Source: Corallochytrium limacisporum Hawaii (Eukaryota > Protista > Pluriformea). From it: a stretch of DNA of 64,000 nt. Below are positions 22,045 through 34,255 of the stretch, in pieces (position 1 is the stretch's first letter; every line of letters starts with the position of its first letter). The notes beneath the pieces were generated by a model, which searched no databases, was not told the DNA's origin, and worked only from the letters and a program-made list of their open reading frames with translations. The position numbers were made by a program, and so were the translations under genes. The DNA is taken from NCBI GenBank assembly GCA_002811645.1, contig PDIP01000087.1:75678-139677 (forward strand). The letters run 5' to 3'.

Positions 22045-22669
22045 TGGGAGATGAACTGGAACGGATACCCAATATCGACAGTCGTCAATGGAGCCATCCC
22101 CATGATATCATTTATTCATCGGATATTCATCTATCGTACGTGCATGCCACTGCACACAGCAGCACAGCCCCATGTAGCAGACGAAAACGCACGTCATGTA
22201 CCAGACTGGAGGGATAAGGACATGCGGCGAGCATGAGACGCTCTTGGTGAAATCAACACTAGGAAACAGAGAACATCAACACCTTGTTTGCCCATTGTCT
22301 TGTCGTATTAGCGATACAGACGATTTCCGACACCTGGTTTGTCTCCCAATTTCAAACGATAAAGAAAAACGTTCTATATGGCCATTAAAATGATTCCCAG
22401 CAGTGTCGGTGTTAAAGATGCCGATGTTTCGGATGAGCGCGGATGCAGGGGACCTTTTGAGTCCGTGTTACCCTCCCCTCCCGCTCGCAAGTACCGAAGC
22501 ATCGGGTTTGGTAACCCCATGGCTGCCGTTCTATCCAAGGTATTTGCTTGTTCGTCCTAAAGGTAAGCTTATCTCCCATCGGAAAGCAGGTGGAAGCGAA
22601 AATGTAAATCATTGATAGGAATGGGACCATAGTGGAATACAAACACCGCTATGACAGTTGCACCAAACC

Positions 22670-23506
22670 ATGACGTTCAAGTCACTGCAAGATGCAGTGA
22701 AGGACGGTCTCAAACTGTCCCCAAGCGGTCCCCTTGAAGACATTACAAAGCATGAGGGAAGGCACAAGTGCGAAACGTGCGGAAAACGTCAGGCATTTTA
22801 CTGTGCATATTGTATCAAGCCGTTCACGTCGACCGTTCCCCGCGTGGATACACCGATCAGGCTGATCATTGCCCGGCACAAAGCTCAGCAGGAGTCAAAC
22901 TCTTCTGTAATTCCTCTGCGTTTGCTGAATCCAGACCAGACCCAGCTTTATTTGTACAACCAGAACTCTCAGAAACAGTTGGAAATTGAACAGCAGGTGC
23001 TCTCAAGCCATGAACGGGACCGGTGTCTTGTTCTGTATCCTTCGGTCAATGCGATTCCCTTGGAGGACGTGACCGCAGACCAGTTCAATCACTATCAATC
23101 GCTGGTCGTCCTTGACTGTCGCTGGAGCGTTGCCTCTGGTATGGCCACTCGACCACCCTACGCGGATATGCAGCACGTTTCACTCGGTCGATTTGCATCA
23201 AAGTCTCTGTTCTGGCGGTGTACAATGCGTGACGAGGGCGGGTTCATGTGCAGTTTAGAGGCGATCTACGTCTTCCTCAGACGCAGATTTGACGTGCTGT
23301 GCCCGGACATTGACTACGATGGACGGTACGATGATCTGCTATGGTATTTCATGTACCAGCGAAACCTCATCATCAGACAATACAAGGAAGTGCCCCGCCT
23401 TCGGGACCAGCCGACGCGCCAATTAAATCGCTTTGGATATGCGCTCGCTCAAGATCACAAACCAGACGAAGCTCACCTAGAAGAGAAGAAACGGTGTGAT
23501 AAATGA
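22670..23506 (+). CDS. DTWD1: DTW-domain tRNA-uridine aminocarboxypropyltransferase, DTWD1-like
   Basis: N-terminal CxxC...YCxxC, LVLYPS, VVLDCRW (DxTW position), FWR, SLEAIY and YDDLLWYF. Confidence 0.75.
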   Translation: MTFKSLQDAVKDGLKLSPSGPLEDITKHEGRHKCETCGKRQAFYCAYCIKPFTSTVPRVDTPIRLIIARHKAQQESNSSVIPLRLLNPDQTQLYLYNQNSQKQLEIEQQVLSSHERDRCLVLYPSVNAIPLEDVTADQFNHYQSLVVLDCRWSVASGMATRPPYADMQHVSLGRFASKSLFWRCTMRDEGGFMCSLEAIYVFLRRRFDVLCPDIDYDGRYDDLLWYFMYQRNLIIRQYKEVPRLRDQPTRQLNRFGYALAQDHKPDEAHLEEKKRCDK

Positions 23507-23549
23507 CTCTTGTATACTATAAAGATAATTCACAGTAGCAATCCGAAAT

Positions 23550-24986
23550 TTACTGTACAATCGCCGTCAGAGTTTCCGGCATGGTGTGGAAGGTCTTAAC
23601 TGCATCTCTGAGTACGGAGGGATCAATGCTCATGCGCACCGGGATGTACTCCTTGGATACCCGTGCATCGTACCCCGACGAATGTCTGACCAACCCGAGC
23701 AATAGAAGCATTTCGAAGGCCAAAAGACCTGTCTCTGGTTTGACCTGGAAGTTGATCTTTCCCCGAGATCGCAGTTCCACGTACTGATCCCAGACTAGGG
23801 CAAATGTGCATGTGCGTTCACTGCGATTGAACTCCGCGTGCTTGACTGCAATGAGCATCAGCATTTCCACCAGGGTTAAGCTCATGAGGGTATGCTTGAC
23901 TTGATCCGATGCCATACCCGGTCCTGTGAGAGCGTTCCGCAGACCTTTGGCAGTGAGGGTAGGAATGTGAGCTTCGTCCATAGCCACCGACCCATGTCTT
24001 TGACGCAGATCGAGCATGGCCTGCAGCAAGAAGCGATGGATATCGCAGGGGCTGTTGCCGTAGACAGCGGCCCATTGTTCAAAGGTCAGGTCCTGGCCAC
24101 CATCGGACAGTTCCGACAGGCACTGACTCACGCTTTCGTTCCACTGGTCAACGAAACGACGCAGGGATGAGCTCGCCTTCACATCTGGTTCGATTAACTC
24201 GTTTGCTTTCACCGTAAGAATAGCTCGACAGTGCTGCTTGATTGCCAGAATCCGTGCATTTGTGAACTTTCCAGAGGATTCCTGAGGGGATACTTCGGGA
24301 ACATATCTGATCAACATGCCATGAAAACGAGAAGCGACGCGCTTTTCAAAAGCGTCGCGGAAGTCACCATAGTTGTCAGTGATGCCCAGAATGTAAAGCT
24401 TGAGATTATGTGCCATGCGCATGTTGAAGAGGTGGTAGATCAAGTTTTGAGTTGCGCTATTGTAGACAAATCCATCCAAGTCGTCAATGACCAGTACACA
24501 TCCGGTGGGCAGCCTACGGAAATCAGCCATAATGTGCTCGTAGATGTTCTCTTCATCCTGCTCTGCTTCCTCCATGTCCAGATCAATGCCTTCCGTCTTC
24601 AATTGCCTAGCGATCTCAAGTAGCGCTTGCCTGTCGTTCTCGACCATACAACCGTAGATCTGAATCACTGCTACCGTCTGCACGGTCTGTCGGTACTGGT
24701 CTAGCACTCTGCGCACAAAGGCACTTTTGCCGCTGCCACGCGGGCCGGTTACGATCCCCACTTCGCAATGTCCCTGATCAAGAGCCTTGGTAATATCGCG
24801 CAAAAGTGAAGCCTCCTGCGTGACCATCGAAGAGTTCGTTCGCAGGACATGATCAGCGACATCAATAGGTCCCAGAGAACACTTGCGTGCAATTTCACGA
24901 TGTATCCGATCGAAGACACCTTTCGGTAAGTCAAGCTCTAGTGGCTCTCTCACAGCCGTCGCGTTTTGTTTGGTAATAGACGGCAT
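23550..24986 (-). CDS. ORC4: Origin recognition complex subunit 4
   Basis: Walker A GPRGSGKS, ALLEIARQL, IDDLDGF, QNLIYHLF, the ORC4 signature FEKRVASRF and a C-terminal winged helix (SLTLVEMLMLIA). Confidence 0.87.
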   Translation of the reverse strand: MPSITKQNATAVREPLELDLPKGVFDRIHREIARKCSLGPIDVADHVLRTNSSMVTQEASLLRDITKALDQGHCEVGIVTGPRGSGKSAFVRRVLDQYRQTVQTVAVIQIYGCMVENDRQALLEIARQLKTEGIDLDMEEAEQDEENIYEHIMADFRRLPTGCVLVIDDLDGFVYNSATQNLIYHLFNMRMAHNLKLYILGITDNYGDFRDAFEKRVASRFHGMLIRYVPEVSPQESSGKFTNARILAIKQHCRAILTVKANELIEPDVKASSSLRRFVDQWNESVSQCLSELSDGGQDLTFEQWAAVYGNSPCDIHRFLLQAMLDLRQRHGSVAMDEAHIPTLTAKGLRNALTGPGMASDQVKHTLMSLTLVEMLMLIAVKHAEFNRSERTCTFALVWDQYVELRSRGKINFQVKPETGLLAFEMLLLLGLVRHSSGYDARVSKEYIPVRMSIDPSVLRDAVKTFHTMPETLTAIVQ

Positions 24987-25641
24987 TGCTGCGTAGTATA
25001 TGTAGATGCTCTTCTGTACGAATCTATTATGTGATGCACTGCCAGTGCTTGCTCAAATACCCGGAAACTGTAACGAATGCCCTGACACTCACTGCTGAGA
25101 TCACCAGGCAGTCGAACGGGATACGGTCTCATTGGGGGACACCCGTCGTACCTTGCAAGTTTTCGCGCGCAGGATTGGGGGGGGGGGACCTAAGAAATAT
25201 ATTTCGAAGAGTTCCTGGGAAGAATATACTGAGATTAGGTGATTGGAAAATGTGGCTGAATCTTAAAGTAGATCTCGAGTAGTGAATATACCACCCGATT
25301 ACGCACACCGAAAACTCTGTCTTCGCCACTGTTTTAGTTTTCAGGGCAGGGGGATTCGTGAGGCAGCCCGGTTGATACGCAGCAAAAATGGCCTGTTTGC
25401 GGGGCATCTCAATAGCCACCGAGACACGACTTGTCCCAGAGAACGCTGCTCTGGTCTGCTTCGCTGTAGATAGTGCAAGGGTTCGTACCATACAGATCAG
25501 AAAATCTATTTGATAGGTCGTAACTGCAAGACGTTGTGAAAGGTTAGTGTTCAGAAGTATGCATCTTCCTGTGCTGAACAAACGGAAACACGAAGGGCAT
25601 CTCAAAACAAGAAAAACACTGAAACATTCTAACACACAACG

Positions 25642-26523
25642 ATGAAGGTCGTGGAATATCGTATTCCCATGCCGCTGGAGGTCAAAGAGTACAAAGTGGG
25701 CCAGTTGTACATGATTTCACGCCACACCGTTGAACAGGTCGAGAAGGGCACGATGGTGGACGTCATTGCTAACGAACCGTGCGAGTCACCAGAGAATGGC
25801 CCTGGACAGTACACGGAGAAGAATATTCATCTACAGAGCCGTTTGCCAGCATGGCTGACATCTATACTTCCGAAAGTTTTTTACATCACAGAGCGGGCAT
25901 GGAATCACTATCCTTACACAATCACACGACACACATGTTCCTTTGTGCCCGGGTTTAGCGTGGAGATCGAAACATTCTTTGCCAATGACAGCGGTAAGGA
26001 CGGCACAGATCACCACTTCACGCCAGAAGAGGACAAAGAGCTGCGAGCAAAGCATCAGGCGAAGTGGAACGAAAAGAATCCGGACCGTACTGTCGTGCAT
26101 ATTGACATCGTCAATGATGCTCCATACCGTGAGTCCATGGCGAAAACGGACCCCTCGCTCAAAGACTTCACCTGCGAGAAGGTCAACCGTGGACCCTGGG
26201 AAGGTAATACATGGATGGACGGCACTGAACCTATCATGTGCTCCTATAAGTGTGTCAGTGTAATCTTTAGCTGGTGGGGCTTCCAGACTAGAGTAGAGGA
26301 CTTGATCCACAGCGTTGTACAGGACGTACTCCTGCTAGGTCATCGGCAAGCTGTGGCATGGATGAATGAATGGATCGAAATGAGTGTGGAGGACGTGAGA
26401 CAGTACGAGAAGGACATGATTGCCAAGATTGAAGCTGAGAAGGCAGCAGCGCAGGCAGCAGCGCAGGCGGCAGCACTGGAGGGAACGCAGGCGAGGACTT
26501 CAACGGAGCCGGCTCCGCAGTAG
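25642..26523 (+). CDS. PITPNC1: Phosphatidylinositol transfer protein, class IIB (RdgB-beta)
   Basis: EYRIPMPLEVKEYKVGQLYMISRH, FYITERAWNHYPYTIT, CSFVP.FS..IET, PIMCSYK, WGFQTRVE and LLLGHRQAVAW. Confidence 0.9.
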   Translation: MKVVEYRIPMPLEVKEYKVGQLYMISRHTVEQVEKGTMVDVIANEPCESPENGPGQYTEKNIHLQSRLPAWLTSILPKVFYITERAWNHYPYTITRHTCSFVPGFSVEIETFFANDSGKDGTDHHFTPEEDKELRAKHQAKWNEKNPDRTVVHIDIVNDAPYRESMAKTDPSLKDFTCEKVNRGPWEGNTWMDGTEPIMCSYKCVSVIFSWWGFQTRVEDLIHSVVQDVLLLGHRQAVAWMNEWIEMSVEDVRQYEKDMIAKIEAEKAAAQAAAQAAALEGTQARTSTEPAPQ

Positions 26524-27465
26524 TCTGCGTGAAAACTTGTAACTTCACATACTCTTCTATGTATATAGTGCCATACATGTATATTTTGTCATATGTTTAG
26601 CATGGTCTTGAATTAATCAATGCTTCATAAAGGAGGCAAGAGGAAAACGGGTCCATACTTACCAACTCCAGCACCTCACTACAGAACAGCCCTGCAAATA
26701 GGCCCCCGTTTACAGCCTTAAGAAACCGGATTGCTCGCTGTCCATTTCTTGTGACCCCTCCCCGGCCCCCCCTTAATATTATCACCCCTTCTTTTGAAAG
26801 GGTCGCTGGCCCGATGAAACGAAAAGGGGAGATCCTGCGCGATTCCGAAGTGCTTTAGGGGGCGGCCAAAGGACATAAAGAGATTAGGGGGAGGAGGGGG
26901 GGGGGGGGTTGGAATAGAAGCGAACAGGGTCTGGTTGCCAACCGGAGCGGGAAGAGAGCATGGGCCCCTACTCACCCTGCCAGTTCCAACCAGCCTGTCG
27001 GCGAAAAAAAGCCACGATTTCAGTTCTGAACCAGGGAGCCTTGGAGGTATGCATGTGGTGGACCGTGGCGTTTCCTCCTTCTCCGCCCGTTCGGACGAGC
27101 GCACCACGGCGGGCGGGTTTTCCGAGGAGGTTGGCAGGTCAAAATCCCCATCACTGCAACAGGGGTCGATAGGTCTGAAGGATTGAATCTGCTAGTCGTG
27201 CTTCCTTGTTTTGGTTCTTTGGTGTTTTTCCTGTGTAAACAATTGACATCAAAGATTCTTGTGGAATGGCTGTCCATGTTCATTTGTGTTCAGCCGAAAC
27301 TTCTTTCCGATCTGCGAAGGTAGATCAAAGTAAGCAGGAGTCTCAAAACTGTCCCATCCTACCGACAGCTGTATCAATCAACGGACAGGCTCACGAATAC
27401 AAAGTTTCTTGAAAGTGAACAAGAGATTTTCTCGTGTTCAACAGTTGGAACTTTAGATCTTCAGC

Positions 27466-27660
27466 ATGCTCGGAACCGCTACAATCGCGGCGATTATCGT
27501 CGCCGCCGTCTTGGGCCTGATCATTCTGGTAGGCATTATGCAGTATTGCTTCTGCCCCAAGGCGTTCAGTAAGTACGACCAGGAAGAAATTGACATTGAG
27601 GGATCAAAAGATAGCAACCACAGCCTGGAAGAGCATCAGGTCGAGTCAGTGTATGCATAA
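27466..27660 (+). CDS. Small single-pass membrane protein (64 aa)
   Basis: N-terminal hydrophobic helix of about 20 aa, then YCFC and an acidic tail; sits alone in a 1.6-kb intergenic space downstream of a G-tract. Confidence 0.6.
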   Translation: MLGTATIAAIIVAAVLGLIILVGIMQYCFCPKAFSKYDQEEIDIEGSKDSNHSLEEHQVESVYA

Positions 27661-28188
27661 GATGATGTCGAGTTTTAGCATACTAGCTTTCCGCCACTCA
27701 ATGAGGGAAAGTAGTCGGGCTCCATTGACACAGCCCCGGTTGTAACCTTGTGTTGCCTCCGTAATTCATTATACATTATCGTTCCATTGAATACAGCTGT
27801 TTTGAATGCTTTTGAATTATCAGATCAAGCTGTCGAGCTCCTCGGGGTTGAGGCTCTCCGCTGACCAATGACTGGGACCCGCTGCGATTGACTTGGCCCC
27901 CCTTCTTCTCCTCGCACACCACACCCACACCCCCCCCCCGGGGGGACGGGCGAGGGGTTGGGGCCAGTCGGCTCCTCTTTCTAGGTTAGGTGTAATGATT
28001 CTTGGGTACTTCAACCATGATTTATTGCGCGCATGCCTTCTCATGACTTCACATATAGATAAACTCTCGCCGTTTGTATATAAGCGTCAAGCGAATGTAA
28101 ATTCTGATTCCATGGACGGAGCGCTTTGAACTAGCAACTATGTTGACGCAAACATAATATGTTGGTAATTTGATCAGAAAATATTACA

Positions 28189-29475
28189 ATGATAGAAACG
28201 ACAGCTACAAATGCAGTACAGGGCTCAGTTAAAGCTATGGCCGATAGAAAAACAGAAGAAGAATGGTATCATATTGGCACCGCCCGTCTCCGAGAACTTC
28301 GAGAGCAACTGATTCGTAAGTCAGTCACGGATCGGTCTCAGCATGTGCGTGACCAGCAAGCAAGAATCGGAATATCTACCGAGCCGAACGCTTCACTAGA
28401 CGATGCAAAGGCGATCAAATTGCTCGAGATAAAGGCATCTCAGATTATTCAAGGCCGACCATTTACCACTGCCTGTCTGGGGTCGGGGGGAGATCTCTCT
28501 GAGGTGCTTTTTGTTGGTACGCGAGCCGGCAAAATCCACGCCCACAGGGCATCAGAGTGTGTAGGGTTTGCCAATTCTACCGATGCCCATGACTCAGTAC
28601 CTGTCCATGGCCTTTCTGTGATGTCATCTGTCGGAAACAGTAGCGGAAAGCTAGTCAGCACAGGCGCCGACGGCTATGCTAGAATATGGGCCATTAAGGC
28701 TAGCGCTGATGGGAAAACACATTGCCTTGAGCGGGTTTGGCAGAGTATTGACCATGGCACCCGGGTCAACCGCTGCTCTGTGAATCATTCGCTGCCTAGT
28801 TTGCTGGCCACAGCGTGCCATGACCACAGCTGGCGTTTGTTCGATGTGGAACGGTCCGAAGAGGTTCTGCATCAGGAAGGGCACAGCGCTCCAGTCTACA
28901 ATGTAACCTTTGCACAGAGCCATCCGGCCCTGCTGGCCAGTGCCGGGTTTGACGGCTTCCCGAGGCTGTGGGACTTGAGGTCTGGGCATTGTGTGTGGGT
29001 ATTGGGACAGCGAACGACCAACACTGTTGACCCCCACGCACACACGGACATGGTTCTGGGCCTCTCAATCTCACCGGGATTGACCTTCGTTGCCACGGGC
29101 GGAGCGGACAACACAGCAAAACTCTGGGACGTCAGGCAGCAACGGCATTTCCAGACCATAGCACTGCACACGGGAATGGTAACCGACTGCCGCTTCGCTG
29201 ACCTTGCCGGCACAGGAGAATCACACGTTCCACAACGGGGTCGGTTCCTCGTCACAAGCAGCCATGACGGCAGCACTGCAATTGTGAGTGTGCCCGAAGT
29301 CAAGCCGATCGCACATCTGCGCAGTCCGAACGATCGCCCAGTTCTTTTCGCTGGTGATCTGAGCAGGCCCGCGGAAACACAGTCATCATCGCCCTATCCA
29401 CGATTAGTCACAGTCGATCAGGACTCAACGTACCGTTTGTGGGAAGGAAAGATGAGTTCTTACAAGTCAGAATGA
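28189..29475 (+). CDS. PRPF4: U4/U6 snRNP WD40 protein Prp4, N-terminally shortened
   Basis: WYHIG..L..LR, SQI...RP, TACHDHSWRLFD...EEVLHQEGHS..VY, RLWDLRSGHC and ATGGADNTAKLWDVR. Confidence 0.82.
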   Translation: MIETTATNAVQGSVKAMADRKTEEEWYHIGTARLRELREQLIRKSVTDRSQHVRDQQARIGISTEPNASLDDAKAIKLLEIKASQIIQGRPFTTACLGSGGDLSEVLFVGTRAGKIHAHRASECVGFANSTDAHDSVPVHGLSVMSSVGNSSGKLVSTGADGYARIWAIKASADGKTHCLERVWQSIDHGTRVNRCSVNHSLPSLLATACHDHSWRLFDVERSEEVLHQEGHSAPVYNVTFAQSHPALLASAGFDGFPRLWDLRSGHCVWVLGQRTTNTVDPHAHTDMVLGLSISPGLTFVATGGADNTAKLWDVRQQRHFQTIALHTGMVTDCRFADLAGTGESHVPQRGRFLVTSSHDGSTAIVSVPEVKPIAHLRSPNDRPVLFAGDLSRPAETQSSSPYPRLVTVDQDSTYRLWEGKMSSYKSE

Positions 29476-32200
29476 CACGTTCATGCTAGCAAATAAATTA
29501 GAATGTGCAGAAAGTCACATGTCAATGTAGAAGGTATTGCGTGAATGAAGGCTGCTATAACACGTACGGTGGGAGAGGACGATGGCGACTGGGGAAGGAA
29601 TGATCGCTACCGAACGAAAACAAGACCCTTCCCCAATCCCCGCGAGTATAAATTCCATCTCGATTTAATCCCCCTCCATTGGCATGTTCAATCCCAAAAC
29701 CATTCTGCGTTAACAAGGCCACGGGCACCGCAGTCGGCGGTTCCATGTGCGCGCCAGATCCTAAAATCCCGAGAGACACGCTGAGGCGAGATGGCGAGAT
29801 GTACGTACATGCATTCGCCGTCCTTTTTTCCTTTTTTCTCTTTCGGTTCTTACTAACTTTGGATTCCCTACCGAAGCGGCCTGCCTGCCAGCTGGCGATG
29901 CCGCTTGAGTTCATGTCCCATGCGTGTTTTTGTTTTTTTTCTTGCCGGTGGTGGAGTCCCCCCCCCGGGGGGGGGTTGGGAAGGGAGGGGTGGTAACCAA
30001 CGAAGAGAAAGCACCGGGGGGAGGGGGAGGGTTTTGTCTGCAGGATCACACGCCCACGGTTGGGCTCGTGGACGAGACTGGTCGGTCGGGTCCCGGGTGG
30101 TAGTTTTACTGCCGAGGGAGAGAGCCAAAAGGGAAAAGAAAAAAAAGGGGGGGGGACCGCGGGGAAGGGCGACGGAGAAACCAAGCGCCGTCTTTTGAGT
30201 CGAAAGTCAAGAAAAGTACCGAATGTTCACCATAGAAAAAAAGCAGAAGAAACGAAAGAATGCAGAACTCAAGAAAGAAAAAGGGAAATGAACGCCGGGA
30301 GCGGGCAGGAGGGGGGGGGTGGGAGTGTGTGTGTTGTGTGTGTACATTTTCTTTTTGTTTCTGTCGGGTCAAAGGGGGTCTGACCCGACGAACTCTGTCT
30401 GGCCTCGTGCCCGGATTGGATGTGCTCTGTGTGTATGGGTCGCTCACTCTCTCCCCCCCCCCCAAGTGAATTATTTCCAATTGCATATTCCCAGTACTGG
30501 CTATACTGAAATTAAGGACATCATTCAAACTCTTTTGTTTTTTTTTCTTGGTATGTGTAGCCCCGTATTCACCTTTCGTAAAATTTCTTCAGGTTTTCTT
30601 ATATTGCGATCGAAGATTGGGAGGGCAGTGAGCACGCGGTTCTGGCCCTGCCGCAGGCCCACCCGCCAACCCGGGGGAATGATAAAGAATTTAGGCACGT
30701 ACATTTACTATTGAACTCCTGTGAAACAAGAGATACCTCTTGAGGCAATGGGGGACGTAGATACTGAAAAAAAATTCTCACAGGCCATGCAAGAAACCCG
30801 TGCAGGCAGTAGCTTTTTCGTGCAAGTCTCCGAAGGGAGCAGTCTTAGAAAAATTTTGCTGACGGTAAGATCCGTACTGAATGTATGGGAAAAATGAAGG
30901 TGGCTGCAACAGCAAACAGAAGCCGCGGTCTGTCTCGTGATACGCGAACCGGGCTGCTGATCGCCAGTGGTGTTCGTCATTTGCCCGGGATCCATAACTT
31001 TGGTTGCTGGGTCATGGGGCGCGGCTTGAGGTGTTCTGCCTTTGCGCCCTTTCTCTGACCAAACGGGCTTACCCGGACGTTGATGTATGCTCCGTTTGTG
31101 GATTACCGGTAGAGGTAATCTCCGGTGATTACTGCAACGAATGAGCATGCTCATAATCCGAAAACAGCAAGGGCACACGCTATGGCATGCTGCCATCTTT
31201 CCTCCTTCCGGTATAGTGATTTCTCTGCCCCCGTGCCTTCCGTGTCTTTTTGCGATAGTAACGAAGCAAGTGTTCACCGGTTTCTGTATGGTTGTTCCGC
31301 ATCACCGTTCTCATACCATTTTCACAGCCTGCGTATCGCTGACATTCTGGAGATGTCGATGATGATGCCTGGATAGGTGCATGGGATTTGCATGAAACTC
31401 ACACATACTCACATCTTGGTTTGAGTGGGACACCAGTCACCAACACTGCTGCCAATTCTTCACCATTAATCTTCAATCATCGTTCAAATGGGCACACCAC
31501 ACAGTCCCACCAACACAAGTGTGGTTCCGTCGATGCACTTGCTGTCGCTGCCGTGCGTGTTTGCGTCTGCTCAGCTTGGGCGACACCCCGTTGCTGTCCT
31601 GTGTGTGTGTGTTCGCAGGGTTTCGGTCGCCGGGTACAAGACTGTCCAAACTCTTCCGTGTCGATAAAAAATTCTAGCGGGATTGTCCTGGTGTAATTTA
31701 GTTTTTGGGAAATGCCGTGGAGAGGGTAAGTCAACAGGAGGACACGGTGGGGGTGTTAGAGGGAGGGGGAAAAGGCGAAGAAATAATCTGGTGGGGAGCG
31801 CGATCGGTAGGGGTTTATCGTGGGTGGGTTCCTTCTGGTTTCCGGCAGGAAGTTGGTAATAATGGTCCTGCGGAGAAGTTGGACCGATTGCTCGCCTCTT
31901 ATGGACAGGATGGATAGAGATGAATGATGTCAATAACAGTCTCGTGCTTGCATGAGAAGATGGAACGTCTGCTCCGCAACAACCGTGCGCCCTTAGTGTG
32001 TAGGTATTAAGAGCATATCATGGTTCCCAATCTGGAGGGATCGCGTTGATCTCCCGTTCGATGAAGTTTATGTTCGAAAGAATTAAACGACGACATGTAC
32101 TGCAACATACCCACGCATACAAAGTTATAGCCAAGGGAAGAATTAAAGCGACTGAAAGACAAACAGAACGAAACAGACCTCTACAAGAAGAATAGCAACA

Positions 32201-33241
32201 ATGTTGATGGCAAAGACAACTGCATCCACTCTTATCCGCAGCAGCGGATTGCCCTCTCGTTTCATGGTCCTGCGCTCTGTGGCAGCACCGGGCATGATCC
32301 GCATGCGCTCCACCGCAGCAGCAGCTTCTTTGAATACCGATGCTGAAGAGCCGGTAGAAGTCGCTCCTACGACCTACCGTGCCGGACAGTATACCATCTC
32401 CGTCCCGGCGGATGCCCACTTCCGCAGAACCGGCACCAGCAACCCGGTAACCCACAAGAAGTTCATGGAAACGGATTCTAACCAGGATCAGGCACTGGCG
32501 GCCATCAATGGCGACAAATACAAGATCGCAGGCGGCCCCGAATTCCAGCAGGAGCATGTCTGGTCCCCCACGGAGCTCCATGGCGTTGAGATCACGCATA
32601 AGGACACCAAGGACTTCACTGACCAGATCGCCTTCAGTGCTGTTGAGATGGTACGCTCTGGCTTTGACTGGGCCAGTGGCTACACTGATGCCAAACTGAG
32701 TGTCAACCAGTGGCTGACACGCATTATCTTCCTGGAGACCACTGCTGCTGTCCCAGGCATGGTGGCGGGAGCTTTGCGCCACTTCCAGAGCTTGCGGCGC
32801 ATGGAGCGTGAAGGTGGATACCTGCACACGTTCCTGGAGGAGGCAGAAAATGAGCGTATGCATTTGATGACTGCTCTGGCAATGAAGCGACCGGGAGCTT
32901 TCTTCAAATTGGCGGTCCTCGGTGCTCAAGGTATTTTCACAAATATGTTTGCCCTAGCCTATTTCACTTCGCCCCGGTTCTGCCATCGTTTTGTGGGCTA
33001 CCTTGAAGAGGAAGCCGTCAAGACATACACGCGTCTTTTGGGAGAGCTGGATGAGCCTCACTTGGAGGAGTGGGCCACTCAACCCGCGCCTCAAATCGCT
33101 GTGGACTACTGGAGGCTCAATGACGACGCAACGGTCAAGGATGTGATCTTGGCCATTCGTGCTGATGAGGCCCACCATCGGGTGCATAACCACACTTTCT
33201 CGGATATGCTGAAATTGGGTCTGCCCGCGGAGAAGATCTAA
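32201..33241 (+). CDS. AOX: Mitochondrial alternative oxidase
   Basis: Presequence, FLETTAAVPGMV, EEAENERMHL, HRFVGYLEEEAVKTY and IRADEAHHR di-iron ligand motifs. Confidence 0.97.
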   Translation: MLMAKTTASTLIRSSGLPSRFMVLRSVAAPGMIRMRSTAAAASLNTDAEEPVEVAPTTYRAGQYTISVPADAHFRRTGTSNPVTHKKFMETDSNQDQALAAINGDKYKIAGGPEFQQEHVWSPTELHGVEITHKDTKDFTDQIAFSAVEMVRSGFDWASGYTDAKLSVNQWLTRIIFLETTAAVPGMVAGALRHFQSLRRMEREGGYLHTFLEEAENERMHLMTALAMKRPGAFFKLAVLGAQGIFTNMFALAYFTSPRFCHRFVGYLEEEAVKTYTRLLGELDEPHLEEWATQPAPQIAVDYWRLNDDATVKDVILAIRADEAHHRVHNHTFSDMLKLGLPAEKI

Positions 33242-34255
33242 GTTGCCAAGGGCATTGCATGAACATCTCAATGCATGAAAATCACTCAATGTGCATGCGT
33301 AACTCCAACCCAAAAGACTAACCCAGAAACACACAAGCCGGGGAGCAAGTCCAATTGATTTCCCCTACAAAACTTTGTATACAAACAGTAGCTATCGCAT
33401 ATTTTCAATGTAATTTCGATTCACTTGCTGCTTTTTTCGCGTGTGATTTCAGCCCTTCTCGGGTATATTACATATACCAAGACACTGCGTCTTCAGTCCC
33501 TGTGTTTGATTGGATTTTTTAATACTAAAAGTATTGCGTAGCAGTCAATCAGAGACTGCCCTAAACAAACAAAACAAAGGTGCTTTGGGGAAGGGGGTAA
33601 GAGGAAGAGAAGGGAGGGGGGGGAGAATGCGCACCGGGTACTGACGGAGCAAAGTGTACGGCACAAAGCACACACACTCCTTTCGTGTGGCCCTCCCCCC
33701 TTGTCTACCGATATCGCGTGCAGTAGTATGGTTGGTTCAGCTGAGCGGGGAATACAGCTTTCTGATTCCACGATACAAGGACCGGCCTGTGAGCAATTGG
33801 GGCGATCATTCGTATGTAGCTGATGTGGAATGCTCTGACAACGCTGCGTTTACCTTGAGTGAAATTCTCTTTTCTACTATTTCAAAGTCATACCACAGAC
33901 TCAGAGACTGTAGCAATTTCGGAACAGCAGCAAATCCATAACTTGAATGGCTGAGTGGTAGTTGTTTGCGTGTGGCCAGTGTGGGTTCGGTTTCGTGTAC
34001 TCTCAGGAAAAGCACACGGCGAAGCCACCAAGATAGACAAGGCCTTGAAGGGAACATCTAGTCCAATAGAACAGAGAAAGGAACCAAAAGAACGTTTAGT
34101 GGGAGGTCATTTGTTTTGTTCCCTCCGTAGTCAATGTGGAATTGTGTTTAGAGTCCCAGGGGATCCAACAGAAAGACCACACGTTTTAACGAAGGACTTG
34201 AAGTAAGAAGTCCGAAATATTATTTTAGCTCAAATCAAGATAAAGACAAACCAGA

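Noticed and set aside
32018-32929. 303-aa minus-strand ORF
   Set aside because: Antisense to AOX, with no independent motifs
15047-33241. Nitrile hydratase and cyanide-resistant AOX as a cyanide/nitrile cluster
   Set aside because: They are 16 kb apart with unrelated housekeeping genes between them; no evidence of co-regulation
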